Source: Styela clava
Taxonomy: Eukaryota
Length of the DNA stretch: 64,000 nt
Direction: 5' to 3'
Assembly (NCBI RefSeq): GCF_964204865.1
Contig: NC_135253.1
Span: 6,634,001 to 6,698,000 of the forward strand
Each line of letters starts with the position of its first letter. Position 1 is the stretch's first letter. Positions 62,901-64,000 of the stretch are shown one piece after another. A program made the position numbers and the translations under genes. The notes below the pieces were generated by a model. It was not told the DNA's origin, did not search any database, and was given only the letters and a program-made list of their open reading frames with translations.

Positions 62901-63710
62901 TTGCTGAATTGCGAAATCGAGTTGGAAGAGCCGAAGCAGAAGCTCACTCTAGTTCACAACATGTAATAGTTTGTATTCAGTTTGATTTAGACAGAAACTA
63001 GACTCCTGTCGACCATTTTTTGATTAGTATTGTATCCCACATTTATATATCCCCCTTCCCCCTTTTCAGTTAAGAACTTATTTTGAGGTAGGCAAGATTA
63101 GTATTAAAGGCTACTTTACAACACCAATTACATACTACTTGCTATATTTGAAAGTCTTGTTTCTCGTGAAATTTCAAATGAGCTAACATGCAATTTTCAG
63201 TCACAATATCAGTTTTTCTATTCTGTTTAATATTTAAAATGACTATCATTCAGACAAGCGCCAAACTGAATGAACTCCAATCTTCCATAAACGACCAATC
63301 GCATAAGCGACAAGAAGATATTCAAGCTTTGGAAAGAAATCGACAAGAACAAGGGCATGTAGAGGAGAACGAAAGAATGAAACTACAAGGAAGAATAAAG
63401 GTCGGTTCTTACATCGTAACCTAAATGTACATTGTGGTAATGTAACCATGTTTTGAGTGTTCTCATGCCAAACCTTCATTTTTCTTCGTGCTATTGGAAA
63501 TACGTCTTAATGTCTGTTCGAACTGATTTTCATGTTAAATCTTTTAATTTAGGAAGCTGTTGAAGAAATGAGTGACAAATTACTGAGTAAAGAAGTTAGA
63601 TTGAGGGAAGAAGCATTGCAAAAATTTATTGAGGTGGAAAGACAAGTACAAAGAGAAGAAGGTTTAAGAATTCAATTTGAAAAACAACTACGAGAAGATA
63701 ATGACACAAA
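59907..63710 (+). CDS. CCDC154: CCDC154-like coiled-coil protein, 3'-partial; start codon uncertain (ATG 59907, or 59757)
   Basis: Phase-compatible exons 59907-60124, 60716-60812, 61334-61552, 61876-62049, 62367-62506, 62860-62962, 63254-63400, 63553-63710. The segment ERMKLQGRIKEAVEEMSDKLLSKEVRLREEALQKFIEVERQVQREEGLRIQFEKQLRE lines up, from memory, with the CCDC154 segment EVARMQAQVTKLGEEVSLRFLKREAKL...LEKRMKASESSRLKLEGSLR. The gene structure is secure; the name is less so. Confidence 0.7.
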
Positions 63711-63751
63711 GTATGTTGTGTATTGAACAACCATTTAGCTGAACATACATA

Positions 63752-63918
63752 GCCTACTTTACACCAAGTTGTGTAAAGGGACTGAAACCCATGGGGGTAT
63801 ATTCGCTTGGCTAACAAAGACAGTCTCCGAACTCACAATAGAACTAAAATAAGGAAAATCGGAATAAAATTATTTCCTAAGCCTAACTCTAACCTGGTAC
63901 ACACACTACGGGCGTACC
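63752..63918 (-). mobile_element. Truncated MITE family B copy
   Basis: Colinear with 8655-8822 (gcctactttaca...ctaacctggtacacacactacgggcgtacc); one TIR is missing. Confidence 0.8.
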
Positions 63919-64000
63919 ATTTTCACCCCACACGTGTTTCTACTATATAAATGACAGTGATATACACGTCTAATACAGGTGGAATCTCCAACAAAAACTT

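Overview
AT-rich eukaryotic (metazoan) genomic DNA. An invertebrate chordate such as an ascidian is my guess from protein similarity, intron size and repeat types; it is not proven. The ORF track fragments are mostly exons of three multi-exon coiled-coil genes, which I assembled by hand from splice sites and reading-frame phase. (1) 123-48117 (+): the last 60 constitutive exons (9981 nt, about 3326 aa, 5' end outside the window) of the AKAP9/pericentrin orthologue, with a clear C-terminal PACT domain. (2) 50721-53152 (-): a complete 5-exon gene for an unrecognised 291-aa coiled-coil protein. (3) From about 59907 past the window end (+): a CCDC154-like gene. Introns carry hAT-like, pogo/Tigger-like and Merlin-like MITEs (several with a TTAGGGTTAGG core and 8-bp TSDs) and two SINE-like families, some nested. 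The most interesting signal is a candidate isoform architecture inside the PACT gene: a cassette exon followed by Rbfox motifs, microexons, CpG-rich patches with possible internal first exons, an intronic read-through/polyadenylation event that would give a PACT-less protein, an intronic RFX X-box, and two GC-AG introns with the same AG|GCATGT donor. No rRNA, intact tRNA, CRISPR or prokaryotic system was seen. Homology calls are from memory of the protein families and need a database check.
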